From contig OZ336881.1 in the NCBI GenBank assembly GCA_965287045.1, forward strand, positions 54,374,001-54,438,000: 64,000 nucleotides of DNA, in the 5' to 3' direction. Source of the DNA: Carcharhinus amblyrhynchos (taxonomy: Eukaryota). This document shows, in pieces, positions 62,674-64,000 of the stretch. The translations under genes and the position numbers were made by a program. The notes beneath the pieces are model-generated. The model saw only the letters and a list, made by a program, of their open reading frames with translations, was not told the origin of the DNA and made no database searches. The stretch's first letter is position 1, and each line of letters starts with the position of its first letter.

Positions 62674-62924
62674 TTGACACAAGCAATAACATTATACTCT
62701 TGAGAAATGCTGTTCATTTTCATAGGACTACTCAAGTTTGTGTTTCTGCAGCCTCCTGTCTTCATAAATGACTGGACATGATTAAGTTCACTGTGGTATT
62801 GTTAAGAAACAACAGACACGCAGCCATGTTACCCCAAGAAAGAGGTAACAAAGCTTATGAGTACGAGCGGGAGTTACTAAGGAGAGTCTTGATAAATCCC
62901 CAGGTGGAAAGAGAATCATTCACA

Positions 62925-63265
62925 AAGCGGGTTACCCTAAACCTATAATCTAGACTGACCCTCTGGTGCAGTGCTTCACTGTTGGAGATGCTGCCCTATG
63001 GATAAGATGTTAAATGGAAACATTATCTCTGTTCTGGTGGTTCAAATAGATGTTAAAGATCTTATCGCACTAATCAAAGAGAGCAAAGATTTTTTGGTTT
63101 CTGGCCAACATTCTAAATTAATGCCAGCAATAAGAAATTAATTGAATTGCTCTCCTTGCTGCCTTTGGGATGCTGTCCTATACTGCTACATCTGCCTGCA
63201 TAGCAACTACAGTTACACTCAGTGTAATATTTGATTATGGAAGACATTTTCGTGAGGGACATCAC
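62925..63265 (+). mobile_element. Degenerate DeuSINE
   Basis: aatctagactgac...cactgttggagatgctgcc...gatgttaaagatc...ctggccaacatt, colinear with 58205-58602. Confidence 0.65.
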
Positions 63266-63564
63266 AGCTAAACCCAATCTTGCCTGCACTTCTGTGTATT
63301 TTCAAAAGGACTGGCTAGATATCAATCACAATTGGAAACCCTCAATAATTCATAATCTAAAGGCCGATTGTGACTGCTGCGCATTCACTGCTTTGGCTCA
63401 GCAGATATGGGAGTTTGATAGAATGTACGGCTCAATATCCACTGGATTAGCTCAGTGGACTGTCAGAGTAGTATTGGGTCGATGAGATAACAGCTTAACA
63501 AAGGGAAGAGAAAACAAAGTTTCGGTTTGGGTTAGTCAGTGCCAATTGTGCCTCTAAAATAAAA

Positions 63565-63930
63565 TGGTTTGGAGTTCAAACTACTCCAGAGCCTGACTGA
63601 GTAAGCTGGGCAGCAGTACAGGGAGTACTACAGAGGAAACATTTGAATGCAACTTTAAATCAAAGCCCAATCTGTTTGATCAATTGCACTTAAAAAAGAT
63701 CTCCTAGAACTATTTGAAGCAAGGCATGAAGTGGGAACAACATCCTTCCCTCAACCTGCACCATCCAGTGGAGATAAGCTGCTCATTTACTGTAGCAGAA
63801 GCCTTGTTATGTGAAAACTAGGCTATTGCATTTAACTATACAACATCGACCGCAACCCAAAAATAAACTAGTGGCTTTAATTGGAATATTTTAAGTTTTG
63901 AGAAGATGTGATGAAATCCAGATTTTTCTT
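63565..63930 (+). mobile_element. Degenerate DeuSINE
   Basis: gttcaaactactccagag...gcagtacagggagtac...aaaagatctcc...actatttgaag...ccctcaacc, colinear with 58205-58602. Confidence 0.6.
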
Positions 63931-64000
63931 TCAGAGAGGAAATTAAAAATTAATCACAGAATGTCACAGAAATCCGTATGCCGAATCACTTCCTGTTTAT

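Overview
This is non-coding vertebrate nuclear DNA, almost certainly from a shark or other chondrichthyan. The repeat set (HE1-type V-SINEs, SacSINE1-like DeuSINEs, CR1/HER1, L2, Rex1/Babar, Tx1, Penelope-like, Gypsy and Harbinger remnants) is typical of elasmobranchs. All family names come from recalled consensus sequences, not from a search. I recognise no intact host protein-coding gene, tRNA or rRNA. The ORFs in the track are transposon fragments or chance ORFs. The window reads like a gene desert or large intron of a developmental locus: repeat-rich stretches alternate with repeat-free blocks rich in transcription-factor motifs, including a CpG-retaining island at about 6.9-9.9 kb. Six observations stand out. 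(1) Several local templated-copy scars, including a 123-bp piece of unique sequence pasted into a SINE 1.17 kb from its donor, and an inverted SINE half-copy sharing private variants with its neighbour. (2) One V-SINE body carrying two different 3' tails, one CR1-like and one Rex1-like. (3) LF-SINE-like sequence in a shark. (4) Decayed hammerhead ribozyme cores in Penelope-like remnants. (5) A 124-nt orphan candidate exon with strong splice signals. (6) Nested insertions with clean 10-bp target-site duplications. I cannot support a new multi-gene system here. Repeat boundaries are approximate unless a motif is quoted.
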